From Auanema rhodensis (lineage: Eukaryota > Animalia > Nematoda), in contig OZ059899.1 of assembly GCA_964057225.1 (NCBI GenBank), forward strand, positions 2,542,001-2,606,000: DNA of 64,000 nucleotides. Reading direction: 5' to 3'. Shown in pieces: positions 11,301 to 25,442 of this stretch; the first letter of the stretch is position 1; the number at the start of each line of letters is the position of its first letter. Position numbers and translations under genes: made by a program. The notes beneath the pieces were generated by a model. It was not told the DNA's origin. It ran no database searches and was given only the letters and a program-made list of their open reading frames with translations.

Positions 11301-14300
11301 AATGTTTTTGGAAGCAATGTTGAGTGTACATGGAAACTCAACATACACTAATGCATCATTTTTCAAACGATCATAACTAATTTTTGTATTAAGCTTTTCT
11401 CAATGTAGTATAGTGCATTCGATGCGGATTTTTAAGCTGCGTCGATATGTGTTATCAGATTTGCGCTAGCTTAAAAATGCACTGAGATATCAACTGATAT
11501 AAGTTCACACTTATATCCTCGATTTTCACCCTGAAGAATTGATTTTTTCGTTGAATAACATTGTCCATCGTCTTTGCCTTGAAAAATGGAATCTAAAAAC
11601 ATCTACTTTTTGCTAAATTATTTTGAAATTTTTCGAAAAAATTTTTGTCAAAATGTTTTTGGAAGCAATGTTGAGTGTACATGGAAACTCAACATACACT
11701 AATGCATCATTTTTCAAACGATCATAACTAATTTTTGTATTAAGCGTTTCTCAATGTAGTATAGTGCATTCGATGCGGATTTTTAAGCTGCGTCGATCTG
11801 TGTTATCAGATTTGCGCTAGCTTAAAAATGCACTGAGATATCAACTGATATAAGTTCACACTTATATCCTCGATTTTCACCCTGAAGAATTGATTTTTTC
11901 GTTGAATAACATTGTCCATCGTCTTTGCCTTGAAAAATGGAATCTAAAAACATCTACTTTTTGCTAAATTATTTTGAAATTTTTCGAAAAAATTTTTGTC
12001 AAAATGTTTTTGGAAGCAATGTTGAGTGTACATGGAAACTCAACATACACTAATGCATCATTTTTCAAACGATCATAACTAATTTTTGTATTAAGCGTTT
12101 CTCAATCTAGTATAGTGCATTCGATGCGGATTTTTAAGCTGCGTCGATCTGTGTTATCAGATTTGCGCTAGCTTAAAAATGCACCGAGATATCAACTGAT
12201 ATAAGTTCACACTTATATCCTCGATTTTCACCCTGAAGAATTAATTTTTTCGTTGAATAACAATGTCCATCGTCTTTGCCTTAAAAAATGGAATCTAAAA
12301 ACATCTACTTTTCGCTAAATTATTTTGAAATTTTTCGAAAAAATTTTTGTCAAAATGTTTTTGGAAGCAATGTTGAGTGTACATGGAAACTCAACATACA
12401 CTAATGCATCATTTTTCAAACGATCATAACTAATTTTTGTATTAAGCTTTTCTCGATGTAGTATAGTGCATTCGATGCGGATTTTTAAGCTGCGTCGATA
12501 TGTGTTATCAGATTTGCGCTAGCTTAAAAATGCACTGAGATATCAACTGATATAAGTTCACACTTATATCCTCGATTTTCACCCTGAAGAATTGATTTTT
12601 TCGTTGAATAACATTGTCCATCGTCTTTGCCTTGAAAAATGGAATCTAAAAACATCTACTTTTTGCTAAATTATTTTGAAATTTTTCGAAAAAATTTTTG
12701 TCAAAATGTTTTTGGAAGCAATGTTGAGTGTACATGGAAACTCAACATACACTAATGCATCATTTTTCAAACGATCATAACTAATTTTTGTATTAAGCTT
12801 TTCTCAATGTAGTATAGTGCATTCGATGCGGATTTTTAAGCTGCGTCGATCTGTGTTATCAGATTTGCGCTAGCTTAAAAATGCACCGAGATATCAACTG
12901 ATATAAGTTCACACTTATATCCTCGATTTTCACCCTGAAGAATTAATTTTTTCGTTGAATAACATTGTCCATCGTCTTTGCCTTGAAAAATGGAATCTAA
13001 AAACATCTACTTTTTGCTAAATTATTTTGAAATTTTTCGAAAAAATTTTTGTCAAAATGTTTTTGGAAGCAATGTTGAGTGTACATGGAAACTCAACATA
13101 CACTAATGCATCATTTTTCAAACGATCATAACTAATTTTTGTATCAAACGTTTCTCAATGTAGTATAGTGCATTCGATGCGGATTTTTAAGCTGCGTCGA
13201 TCTGTGTTATCAGATTTGCGCTAGCTTAAAAATGCACCGAGATATCAACTGATATAAGTTCACACTTATATCCTCGATTTTCACCCTGAAGAATTAATTT
13301 TTTCGTTGAATAACATTGTCCATTGTCTTTGCCTTAAAAAAAGGAATCTAATAACATCTACATTTTGCTAAATTATTTTGAAATTTTTCGAAAAAATTTT
13401 TTTCAAAATGTTTTTGGAAGCAATGTTGAGTGTACATGGAAACTCAACATACACTAATGCATCATTTTTCAAACGATCATAACTAATTTTTGTATTAAGC
13501 GTTTCTCAATGTAGTATAGTGCATTCGATGCGGATTTTTAAGCTGCGTCGATCTGTGTTATCAGATTTGCGCTAGCTTAAAAATGCACCGAGATATCAAC
13601 TGATATAAGTTCACACTTATATCCTCGATTTTCACCCTGAAGAATTAATTTTTTCGTTGAATAACATTGTCCATCGTCTTTGCCTTAAAAAATGGAATCT
13701 AAAAACATCTACTTTTTGCTAAATTATTTTGAAATTTTTCGAAAAAATTTTTGTCAAAATGTTTTTGGAAGCAATGTTGAGTGTACATGGAAACTCAACA
13801 TACACTAATGCATCATTTTTCAAACGATCATAACTAATTTTTGTATTAAGCTTTTCTCAATGTAGTATAGTGCATTCGATGCGGATTTTTAAGCTGCGTC
13901 GATCTGTGTTATCAGATTTGCGCTAGCTTAAAAATGCACTGAGATATCAACTGATATAAGTTCACACTTATATCCTCGATTTTCACCCTGAAGAATTGAT
14001 TTTTTCGTTGAATAACATTGTCCATCGTCTTTGCCTTGAAAAATGGAATCTAAAAACATCTACTTTTTGCTAAATTATTTTGAAATTTTTCGAAAAAATT
14101 TTTGTCAAAATGTTTTTGGAAGCAATGTTGAGTGTACATGGAAACTCAACATACACTAATGCATCATTTTTCAAACGATCATAACTAATTTTTGTATTAA
14201 GCGTTTCTCAATGTAGTATAGTGCATTCGATGCGGATTTTTAAGCTGCGTCGATCTGTGTTATCAGATTTGCGCTAGCTTAAAAATGCACCGAGATATCA

Positions 14301-14999
14301 ACTGATATAAGTTCACACTTATATCCTCGATTTTCACCCTGAAGAATTAATTTTTTCGTTGAATAACATTGTCCATCGTCTTTGCCTTAAAAAATGGAAT
14401 CTAAAAACATCTACTTTTTGCTAAATTATTTTGAAATTTTTCGAAAAAATTTTTGTCAAAATGTTTTTGGAAGCAATGTTGAGTGTACATGGAAACTCAA
14501 CATACACTAATGCATCATTTTTCAAACGATCATAACTAATTTTTGTATTAAGCTTTTCTCAATGTAGTATAGTGCATTCGATGCGGATTTTTAAGCTGCG
14601 TCGATATGTGTTATCAGATTTGCGCTAGCTTAAAAATGCACTGAGATATCAACTGATATAAGTTCACACTTATATCCTCGATTTTCACCCTGAAGAATTG
14701 ATTTTTTCGTTGAATAACATTGTCCATCGTCTTTGCCTTGAAAAATGGAATCTAAAAACATCTACTTTTTGCTAAATTATTTTGAAATTTTTCGAAAAAA
14801 TTTTTGTCAAAATGTTTTTGGAAGCAATGTTGAGTGTACATGGAAACTCAACATACACTAATGCATCATTTTTCAAACGATCATAACTAATTTTTGTATT
14901 AAGCTTTTTTCAATGTAGTATAGTGCATTCGATGCGGATTTTTAAGCTGCGTCGATCTGTGTTATCAGATTTGCGCTAGCTTAAAAATGCACTGAGATA

Positions 15000-17900
15000 T
15001 CAACTGATATAAGTTCACACTTATATCCTCGATTTTCACCCTGAAGAATTGATTTTTTCGTTGAATAACATTGTCCATCGTCTTTGCCTTGAAAAATGGA
15101 ATCTAAAAACATCTACTTTTTGCTAAATTATTTTGAAATTTTTCGAAAAAATTTTTGTCAAAATGTTTTTGGAAGCAATGTTGAGTGTACATGGAAACTC
15201 AACATACACTAATGCATCATTTTTCAAACGATCATAACTAATTTTTGTATTAAGCGTTTCTCAATGTAGTATAGTGCATTCGATGCGGATTTTTAAGCTG
15301 CGTCGATCTGTGTTATCAGATTTGCGCTAGCTTAAAAATGCACCGAGATATCAACTGATATAAGTTCACACTTATATCCTCGATTTTCACCCTGAAGAAT
15401 TAATTTTTTCGTTGAATAACAATGTCCATCGTCTTTGCCTTAAAAAATGGAATCTAAAAACATCTACTTTTTGCTAAATTATTTTGAAATTTTTCGAAAA
15501 AATTTTTGTCAAAATGTTTTTGGAAGCAATGTTGAGTGTACATGGAAACTTAACATACACTAATGCATCATTTTTCAAACGATCATAACTAATTTTTGTA
15601 TTAAGCTTTTCTCGATGTAGTATAGTGCATTCGATGCGGATTTTTAAGCTGCGTCGATATGTGTTATCAGATTTGCGCTAGCTTAAAAATGCACTGAGAT
15701 ATCAACTGATATAAGTTCACACTTATATCCTCGATTTTCACCCTGAAGAATTGATTTTTTCGTTGAATAACATTGTCCATCGTCTTTGCCTTGAAAAATG
15801 GAATCTAAAAACATCTACTTTTTGCTAAATTATTTTGAAATTTTTCGAAAAAATTTTTGTCAAAATGTTTTTGGAAGCAATGTTGAGTGTACATGGAAAC
15901 TCAACATACACTAATGCATCATTTTTCAAACGATCATAACTAATTTTTGTATTAAGCTTTTCTCAATGTAGTATAGTGCATTCGATGCGGATTTTTAAGC
16001 TGCGTCGATCTGTGTTATCAGATTTGCGCTAGCTTAAAAATGCACTGAGATATCAACTGATATAAGTTCACACTTATATCCTCGATTTTCAAACTGAAGA
16101 ATTGATTTTTTCGTTGAATAACATTGTCCATCGTCTTTGCCTTGAAAAATGGAATCTAAAAACATCTACTTTTTGCTAAATTATTTTGAAATTTTTCGAA
16201 AAAATTTTTGTCAAAATGTTTTTGGAAGCAATGTTGAGTGCACATGGAAACTAAACATACACTAATGCATCATTTTTCAAACGATCATAACTAATTTTTG
16301 TATTAAGCGTTTCTCAATGTAGTATAGTGCATTCGATGCGGATTTTTAAGCTGCGTCGATCTGTGTTATCAGATTTGCGCTAGCTTAAAAATGCACCGAG
16401 ATATCAACTGATATAAGTTCACACTTATATCCTCGATTTTCACCCTGAAGAATTAATTTTTTCGTTGAATAACAATGTCCATCGTCTTTGCCTTAAAAAA
16501 TGGAATCTAAAAACATCTACTTTTTGCTAAATTATTTTGAAATTTTTCGAAAAAATTTTTGTCAAAATGTTTTTGGAAGCAATGTTGAGTGTACATGGAA
16601 ACTCAACATACACTAATGCATCATTTTTCAAACGATCATAACTAATTTTTGTATTAAGCTTTTCTCGATGTAGTATAGTGCATTCGATGCGGATTTTTAA
16701 GCTGCGTCGATATGTGTTATCAGATTTGCGCTAGCTTAAAAATGCACTGAGATATCAACTGATATAAGTTCACACTTATATCCTCGATTTTCACCCTGAA
16801 GAATTGATTTTTTCGTTGAATAACATTGTCCATCGTCTTTGCCTTGAAAAATGGAATCTAAAAACATCTACTTTTTGCTAAATTATTTTGAAATTTTTCG
16901 AAAAAATTTTTGTCAAAATGTTTTTGGAAGCAATGTTGAGTGTACATGGAAACTCAACATACACTAATGCATCATTTTTCAAACGATCATAACTAATTTA
17001 TGTATTAAGTTTTTCTCAATGTAGTATAGTGCATTCGATGCGGATTTTTAAGCTGCGTCGATCTGTGTTATCAGATTTGCGCTAGCTTAAAAATGCACTG
17101 AGATATCAACTGATATAAGTTCACACTTATATCCTCGATTTTCAAACTGAAGAATTGATTTTTTCGTTGAATAACATTGTCCATCGTCTTTGCCTTGAAA
17201 AATGGAATCTAAAAACATCTACTTTTTGCTAAATTATTTTGAAATTTTTCGAAAAAATTTTTGTCAAAATGTTTTTGGAAGCAATGTTGAGTGTACATGG
17301 AAACTCAACATACACTAATGCATCATTTTTCAAACGATCATAACTAATTTTTGTATTAAGCGTTTCTCAATGTAGTATAGTGCATTCGATGCGGATTTTT
17401 AAGCTGCGTCGATCTGTGTTATCAGATTTGCGCTAGCTTAAAAATGCACCGAGATATCAACTGATATAAGTTCACACTTATATCCTCGATTTTCACCCTG
17501 AAGAATTAATTTTTTCGTTGAATAACATTGTCCATCGTCTTTGCCTTGAAAAATGGAATCTAAAAACATCTACTTTTTGCTAAATTATTTTGAAATTTTT
17601 CGAAAAAATTTTTGTCAAAATGTTTTTGGAAGCAATGTTGAGTGTACATGGAAACTCAACATACACTAATGCATCATTTTTCAAACGATCATAACTAATT
17701 TTTGTATTAAGCTTTTCTCAATGTAGTATAGTGCATTCGATGCGGATTTTTAAGCTGCGTCGATCTGTGTTATCAGATTTGCGCTAGCTTAAAAATGCAC
17801 TGAGATATCAACTGATATAAGTTCACACTTATATCCTCGATTTTCACCCTGAAGAATTGATTTTTTCGTTGAATAACATTGTCCATCGTCTTTGCCTTGA

Positions 17901-18500
17901 AAAATGGAATCTAAAAACATCTACTTTTTGCTAAATTATTTTGAAATTTTTCGAAAAAATTTTTGTCAAAATGTTTTTGGAAGCAATGTTGAGTGTACAT
18001 GGAAACTCAACATACACTAATGCATCATTTTTCAAACGATCATAACTAATTTATGTATTAAGTTTTTCTCAATGTAGTATAGTGCATTCGATGCGGATTT
18101 TTAAGCTGCGTCGATCTGTGTTATCAGATTTGCGCTAGCTTAAAAATGCACTGAGATATCAACTGATATAAGTTCACACTTATATCCTCGATTTTCAAAC
18201 TGAAGAATTGATTTTTTCGTTGAATAACATTGTCCATCGTCTTTGCCTTGAAAAATGGAATCTAAAAACATCTACTTTTTGCTAAATTATTTTGAAATTT
18301 TTCGAAAAAATTTTTGTCAAAATGTTTTTGGAAGCAATGTTGAGTGTACATGGAAACTCAACATACACTAATGCATCATTTTTCAAACGATCATAACTAA
18401 TTTTTGTATTAAGCGTTTCTCAATGTAGTAAAGTGCATTCGATGCGGATTTTTAAGCTGCGTCGATCTGTGTTATCAGATTTGCGCTAGCTTAAAAATGC
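15000..18500. repeat. Imperfect 3-monomer (1053 bp) periodicity
   Basis: TTCAAACTGA at 16092, 17145, 18198; AACAATGTCC at 15422/16475; TTTATGTATTAAGTT at ~17000/18053. Confidence 0.75.
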
Positions 18501-21215
18501 ACCGAGATATCAACTGATATAAGTTCACACTTATATCCTCGATTTTCACCCTGAAGAATTGATTTTTTCGTTGAATAACATTGTCCATCGTCTTTGCCTT
18601 GAAAAATGGAATCTAAAAACATCTACTTTTTGCTAAATTATTTTGAAATTTTTCGAAAAAATTTTTGTCAAAATGTTTTTGGAAGCAATGTTGAGTGTAC
18701 ATGGAAACTCAACATACACTAATGCATCATTTTTCAAACGATCATAACTAATTTTTGTATCAAACGTTTCTCAATGTAGTATAGTGCATTCGATGCGGAT
18801 TTTTAAGCTGCGTCGATCTGTGTTATCAGATTTGCGCTAGCTTAAAAATGCACCGAGATATCAACTGATATAAGTTCACACTTATATCCTCGATTTTTAC
18901 CCTGAAGAATTAATTTTTTCGTTGAATAACATTGTCCATCGTCTTTGCCTTAAAAAAAGGAATCTAATAACATCTACATTTTGCTAAATTATTTTGAAAT
19001 TTTTCGAAAAAATTTTTTTCAAAATGTTTTTGGAAGCAATGTTGAGTGTACATGGAAACTCAACATACACTAATGCATCATTTTTCAAACGATCATAACT
19101 AATTTTTGTATTAAGCTTTTCTCAATGTAGTATAATGCATTCGATGCGGATTTTTAAGCTGCGTCGATCTGTGTTATCAGATTTGCGCTAGCTTAAAAAT
19201 GCACCGAGATATCAACTGATATAAGTTCACACTTATATCCTCGATTTTCACCCTGAAGAATTAATTTTTTCGTTGAATAACATTGTCCATCGTCTTTGCC
19301 TTGAAAAATGGAATCTAAAAACATCTACTTTTTGCTAAATTATTTTGAAATTTTTCGAAAAAATTTTTGTCAAAATGTTTTTGGAAGCAATGTTGAGTGT
19401 ACATGGAAACTCAACATACACTAATGCATCATTTTTCAAACGATCATAACTAATTTTTGTATTAAGCTTTTCTCAATGTAGTATAGTGCATTCGATGCGG
19501 ATTTTTAAGCTGCGTCGATCTGTGTTATCAGATTTGCGCTAGCTTAAAAATGCACTGAGATATCAACTGATATAAGTTCACACTTATATCCTCGATTTTC
19601 ACCCTGAAGAATTGATTTTTTCGTTGAATAACATTGTCCATCGTCTTTGCCTTGAAAAATGGAATCTAAAAACATCTACTTTTTGCTAAATTATTTTGAA
19701 ATTTTTCGAAAAAATTTTTGTCAAAATGTTTTTGGAAGCAATGTTGAGTGTACATGGAAACTCAACATACACTAATGCATCATTTTTCAAACGATCATAA
19801 CTAATTTATGTATTAAGTTTTTCTCAATGTAGTATAGTGCATTTGATGCGGATTTTTAAGCTGCGTCGATCTGTGTTATCAGATTTGCGCTAGCTTAAAA
19901 ATGCACTGAGATATCAACTGATATAAGTTCACACTTATATCCTCGATTTTCAAACTGAAGAATTGATTTTTTCGTTGAATAACATTGTCCATCGTCTTTG
20001 CCTTGAAAAATGGAATCTAAAAACATCTACTTTTTGCTAAATTATTTTGAAATTTTTCGAAAAAATTTTTGTCAAAATGTTTTTGGAAGCAATGTTGAGT
20101 GTACATGGAAACTCAACATACACTAATGCATCATTTTTCAAACGATCATAACTAATTTTTGTATTAAGCGTTTCTCAATGTAGTATAGTGCATTCGATGC
20201 GGATTTTTAAGCTGCGTCGATCTGTGTTATCAGATTTGCGCTAGCTTAAAAATGCACCGAGATATCAACTGATATAAGTTCACACTTATATCCTCGATTT
20301 TCACCCTGAAGAATTGATTTTTTCGTTGAATAACATTGTCCATCGTCTTTGCCTTGAAAAATGGAATCTAAAAACATCTACTTTTTGCTAAATTATTTTG
20401 AAATTTTTCGAAAAAATTTTTGTCAAAATGTTTTTGGAAGCAATGTTGAGTGTACATGGAAACTCAACATACACTAATGCATCATTTTTCAAACGATCAT
20501 AACTAATTTTTGTATCAAACGTTTCTCAATGTAGTATAGTGCATTCGATGCGGATTTTTAAGCTGCGTCGATCTGTGTTATCAGATTTGCGCTAGCTTAA
20601 AAATGCACCGAGATATCAACTGATATAAGTTCACACTTATATCCTCGATTTTCACCCTGAAGAATTAATTTTTTCGTTGAATAACATTGTCCATCGTCTT
20701 TGCCTTAAAAAAAGGAATCTAATAACATCTACATTTTGCTAAATTATTTTGAAATTTTTCGAAAAAATTTTTTTCAAAATGTTTTTGGAAGCAATGTTGA
20801 GTGTACATGGAAACTCAACATACACTAATGCATCATTTTTCAAACGATCATAACTAATTTTTGTATTAAGCTTTTCTCAATGTAGTATAATGCATTCGAT
20901 GCGGATTTTTAAGCTGCGTCGATCTGTGTTATCAGATTTGCGCTAGCTTAAAAATGCACCGAGATATCAACTGATATAAGTTCACACTTATATCCTCGAT
21001 TTTCACCCTGAAGAATTAATTTTTTCGTTGAATAACATTGTCCATCGTCTTTGCCTTGAAAAATGGAATCTAAAAACATCTACTTTTTGCTAAATTATTT
21101 TGAAATTTTTCGAAAAAATTTTTGTCAAAATGTTTTTGGAAGCAATGTTGAGTGTACATGGAAACTCAACATACACTAATGCATCATTTTTCAAACGATC
21201 ATAACTAATTTTTGT
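17390..21215. repeat. Higher-order duplication, 5 monomers (1755 bp), ~2 copies
   Basis: CAAACTGA 18198/19953; TTTATGTATTAAGTT 18053/19808; TATAATGC ~19135/20890; AAAAAAAGG haplotype 18950/20705. Three private SNPs lie near 18431, 18898 and 19844. Confidence 0.88.
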
Positions 21216-24200
21216 ATCAAACGTTTCTCAATGTAGTATAGTGCATTCGATGCGGATTTTTAAGCTGCGTCGATCTGTGTTATCAGATTTGCGCTAGCTT
21301 AAAAATGCACCGAGATATCAACTGATATAAGTTCACACTTATATCCTCGATTTTCACCCTGAAGAATTAATTTTTTCGTTGAATAACATTGTCCATCGTC
21401 TTTGCCTTAAAAAAAGGAATCTAATAACATCTACATTTTGCTAAATTATTTTGAAATTTTTCGAAAAAATTTTTTTCAAAATGTTTTTGGAAGCAATGTT
21501 GAGTGTACATGGAAACTCAACATACACTAATGCATCATTTTTCAAACGATCATAACTAATTTTTGTATTAAGCTTTTCTCAATGTAGTATAGTGCATTCG
21601 ATGCGGATTTTTAAGCTGCGTCGATCTGTGTTATCAGATATGCGCTAGCTTAAAAATGCACTGAGATATCAACTGATATAAGTTCACACTTATATCCTCG
21701 ATTTTCACCCTGAAGAATTGATTTTTTCGTTGAATAACATTGTCCATCGTCTTTGCCTTGAAAAATGGAATCTAAAAACATCTACTTTTTGCTAAATTAT
21801 TTTGAAATTTTTCGAAAAAATTTTTGTCAAAATGTTTTTGGAAGCAATGTTGAGTGTACATGGAAACTCAACATACACTAATGCATCATTTTTCAAACGA
21901 TCATAACTAATTTTTGTATTAAGCGTTTCTCAATGTAGTATAGTGCATTCGATGCGGATTTTTAAGCTGCGTCGATCTGTGTTATCAGATTTGCGCTAGC
22001 TTAAAAATGCACCGAGATATCAACTGATATAAGTTCACACTTATATCCTCGATTTTCACCCTGAAGAATTGATTTTTTCGTTGAATAACATTGTCCATCG
22101 TCTTTGCCTTGAAAAATGGAATCTAAAAACATCTACTTTCTGCTAAATTATTTTGAAATTTTTCGAAAAAATTTTTGTCAAAATGTTTTTGGAAGCAATG
22201 TTGAGTGTACATGGAAACTCAACATACACTAATGCATCATTTTTCAAACGATCATAACTAATTTTTGTATCAAACGTTTCTCAATGTAGTATAGTGCATT
22301 CGATGCGGATTTTTAAGCTGCGTCGATCTGTGTTATCAGATTTGCGCTAGCTTAAAAATGCACCGAGATTTTAACTGATATAAGTTCACACTTATATCCT
22401 CGATTTTCACCCTGAAGAATTAATTTTTTCGTTGAATAACATTGTCCATCGTCTTTGCCTTGGAAAATGGAATCTAAAAACATCTACTTTTTGCTAAATT
22501 ATTTTGAAATTTTTCGAAAAAATTTTTGTCAAAATGTTTTTGGAAGCAATGTTGAGTGTACATGGAAACTCAACATACACTAATGCATCATTTTTCAAAC
22601 GATCATAACTAATTTTTGTATCAAACGTTTCTCAATGTAGTATAGTGCATTCGATGCGGATTTTTAAGCTGCGTCGATCTGTGTTATCAGATTTGCGCTA
22701 GCTTAAAAATGCACCGAGATTTTAACTGATATAAGTTCACACTTATATCCTCGATTTTCACCCTGAAGAATTAATTTTTTCGTTGAATAACATTGTCCAT
22801 CGTCTTTGCCTTGGAAAATGGAATCTAAAAACATCTACTTTTTGCTAAATTATTTTGAAATTTTTCGAAAAAATTTTTGTCAAAATGTTTTTGGAAGCAA
22901 TGTTGAGTGTACATGGAAACTCAACATACACTAATGCATCATTTTTCAAACGATCATAACTAATTTTTGTATTAAGCGTTTCTCGATGTAGTATAGTGCA
23001 TTCGATGCGGATTTTTAAGCTGCGTCGATCTGTGTTATCAGATTTGCGCTAGATTAAAAATGCACCGAGATATTAACTGATATAAGTTCACACTTATATC
23101 CTCGATTTTCACCCTGAAGAATTAATTTTTTCGTTGAATAACATCGTCCATCGTCTTTGCCTTGAAAAATGGAATCTAAAAACATCTACTTTTTGCTAAA
23201 TTATTTTGAAATTTTTCGAAAAAATTTTTGTCAAAATGTTTTTGGAAGCAATGTTGAGTGTACATGGAAACTCAACATACACTAATGCATCATTTTCCAA
23301 ACGATCATAACTAATTTTTGTATTAAGCGTTTCTCGATGTAGTATAGTGCATTCGATGCGGATTTTTAAGCTGCGTCGATCTGTGTTATCAGATTTGCGC
23401 TAGCTTAAAAATGCACCGAGATATCAACTGATATAAGTTCACACTTATATCCTCGATTTTCACCCTGAAGAATTAATTTTTTCGTTGAATAACATTGTCC
23501 ATCGTCTTTGCCTTAAAAAATGGAATCTAAAAACATCTACTTTTTGCTAAATTATTTTGAAATTTTTCGAAAAAATTTTTGTCAAAATGTTTTTGGAAGC
23601 AATGTTGAGTGTACATGGAAACTCAACATACACTAATGCATCATTTTTCAAACGATCATAACTAATTTTTGTATTAAGCGTTTCTCGATGTAGTATAGTG
23701 CATTCGATGCGGATTTTTAAGCTGCGTCGATCTGTGTTATCAGATTTGCGCTAGATTAAAAATGCACCGAGATATCAACTGATATAAGTTCACACTTATA
23801 TCCTCGATTTTCACCCTGAAGAATTAATTTTTTCGTTGAATAACATCGTCCATCGTCTTTGCCTTGAAAAATGGAATCTAAAAACATCTACTTTTTGCTA
23901 AATTATTTTGAAATTTTTCGAAAAAATTTTTGTCAAAATGTTTTTGGAAGCAATATTGAGTGTACATGGAAACTCAACATACACTAATGCATCATTTTTC
24001 AAACGATCATAACTAATTTTTGTATTAAGCGTTTCTCGATGTAGTATAGTGCATTCGATGCGGATTTTTAAGCTGCGTCGATCTGTGTTATCAGATTTGC
24101 GCTAGCTTAAAAATGCACCGAGATATCAACTGATATAAGTTCACACTTATATCCTCGATTTTCACCCTGAAGAATTAATTTTTTCGTTGAATAACATTGT

Positions 24201-25442
24201 CCATCGTCTTTGCCTTAAAAAATGGAATCTAAAAACATCTACTTTTTGCTAAATTATTTTGAAATTTTTCGAAAAAATTTTTGTCAAAATGTTTTTGGAA
24301 GCAATGTTGAGTGTACATGGAAACTCAACATACACTAATGCATCATTTTTCAAACGATCATAACTAATTTTTGTATTAAGCTTTTCTCAATGTAGTATAG
24401 TGCATTCGATGCGGATTTTTAAGCTGCGTCGATCTGTGTTATCAGATTTGCGCTAGCTTAAAAATGCACCGAGATATCAACTGATATAAGTTCACACTTA
24501 TATCCTCGAATTTCACCCTGAAGAATTAATTTTTTCGTTGAATAACATTGTCCATCGTCTTTGCCTTGGAAAATGGAATCTAAAAACATCTACTTTTTGC
24601 TAAATTATTTTGAAATTTTTCGAAAAAATTTTTGTCAAAATGTTTTTGGAAGCAATGTTGAGTGTACATGGAAACTCAACATACACTAATGCATCATTTT
24701 TCAAACGATCATAACTAATTTTTGTATTAAGCGTTTCTCAATGTAGTATAGTGCATTCGATGCGGATTTTTAAGCTGCGTCGATATGTGTTATCAGATTT
24801 GCGCTAGCTTAAAAATGCACTGAGATATCAACTGATATAAGTTCACACTTATATCCTCGATTTTCACCCTGAAGAATTGATTTTTTCGTTGAATAACATT
24901 GTCCATCGTCTTTGCCTTGAAAAATGGAATCTAAAAACATCTACTTTTTGCTAAATTATTTTGAAATTTTTCGAAAAAATTTTTGTCAAAATGTTTTTGG
25001 AAGCAATGTTGAGTGTACATGGAAACTCAACATACACTAATGCATCATTTTTCAAACGATCATAACTAATTTTTGTATTAAGCGTTTCTCGATGTAGTAT
25101 AGTGCATTCGATGCGGATTTTTAAGCTGCGTCGATATGTGTTATCAGATTTGCGCTAGATTAAAAATGCACCGAGATATCAACTGATATAAGTTCACACT
25201 TATATCCTCGATTTTCACCCTGAAGAATTAATTTTTTCGTTGAATAACATCGTCCATCGTCTTTGCCTTGAAAAATGGAATCTAAAAACATCTACTTTTT
25301 GCTAAATTATTTTGAAATTTTTCGAAAAAATTTTTGTCAAAATGTTTTTGGAAGCAATGTTGAGTGTACATGGAAACTCAACATACACTAATGCATCATT
25401 TTTCAAACGATCATAACTAATTTTTGTATTAAGCGTTTCTCA

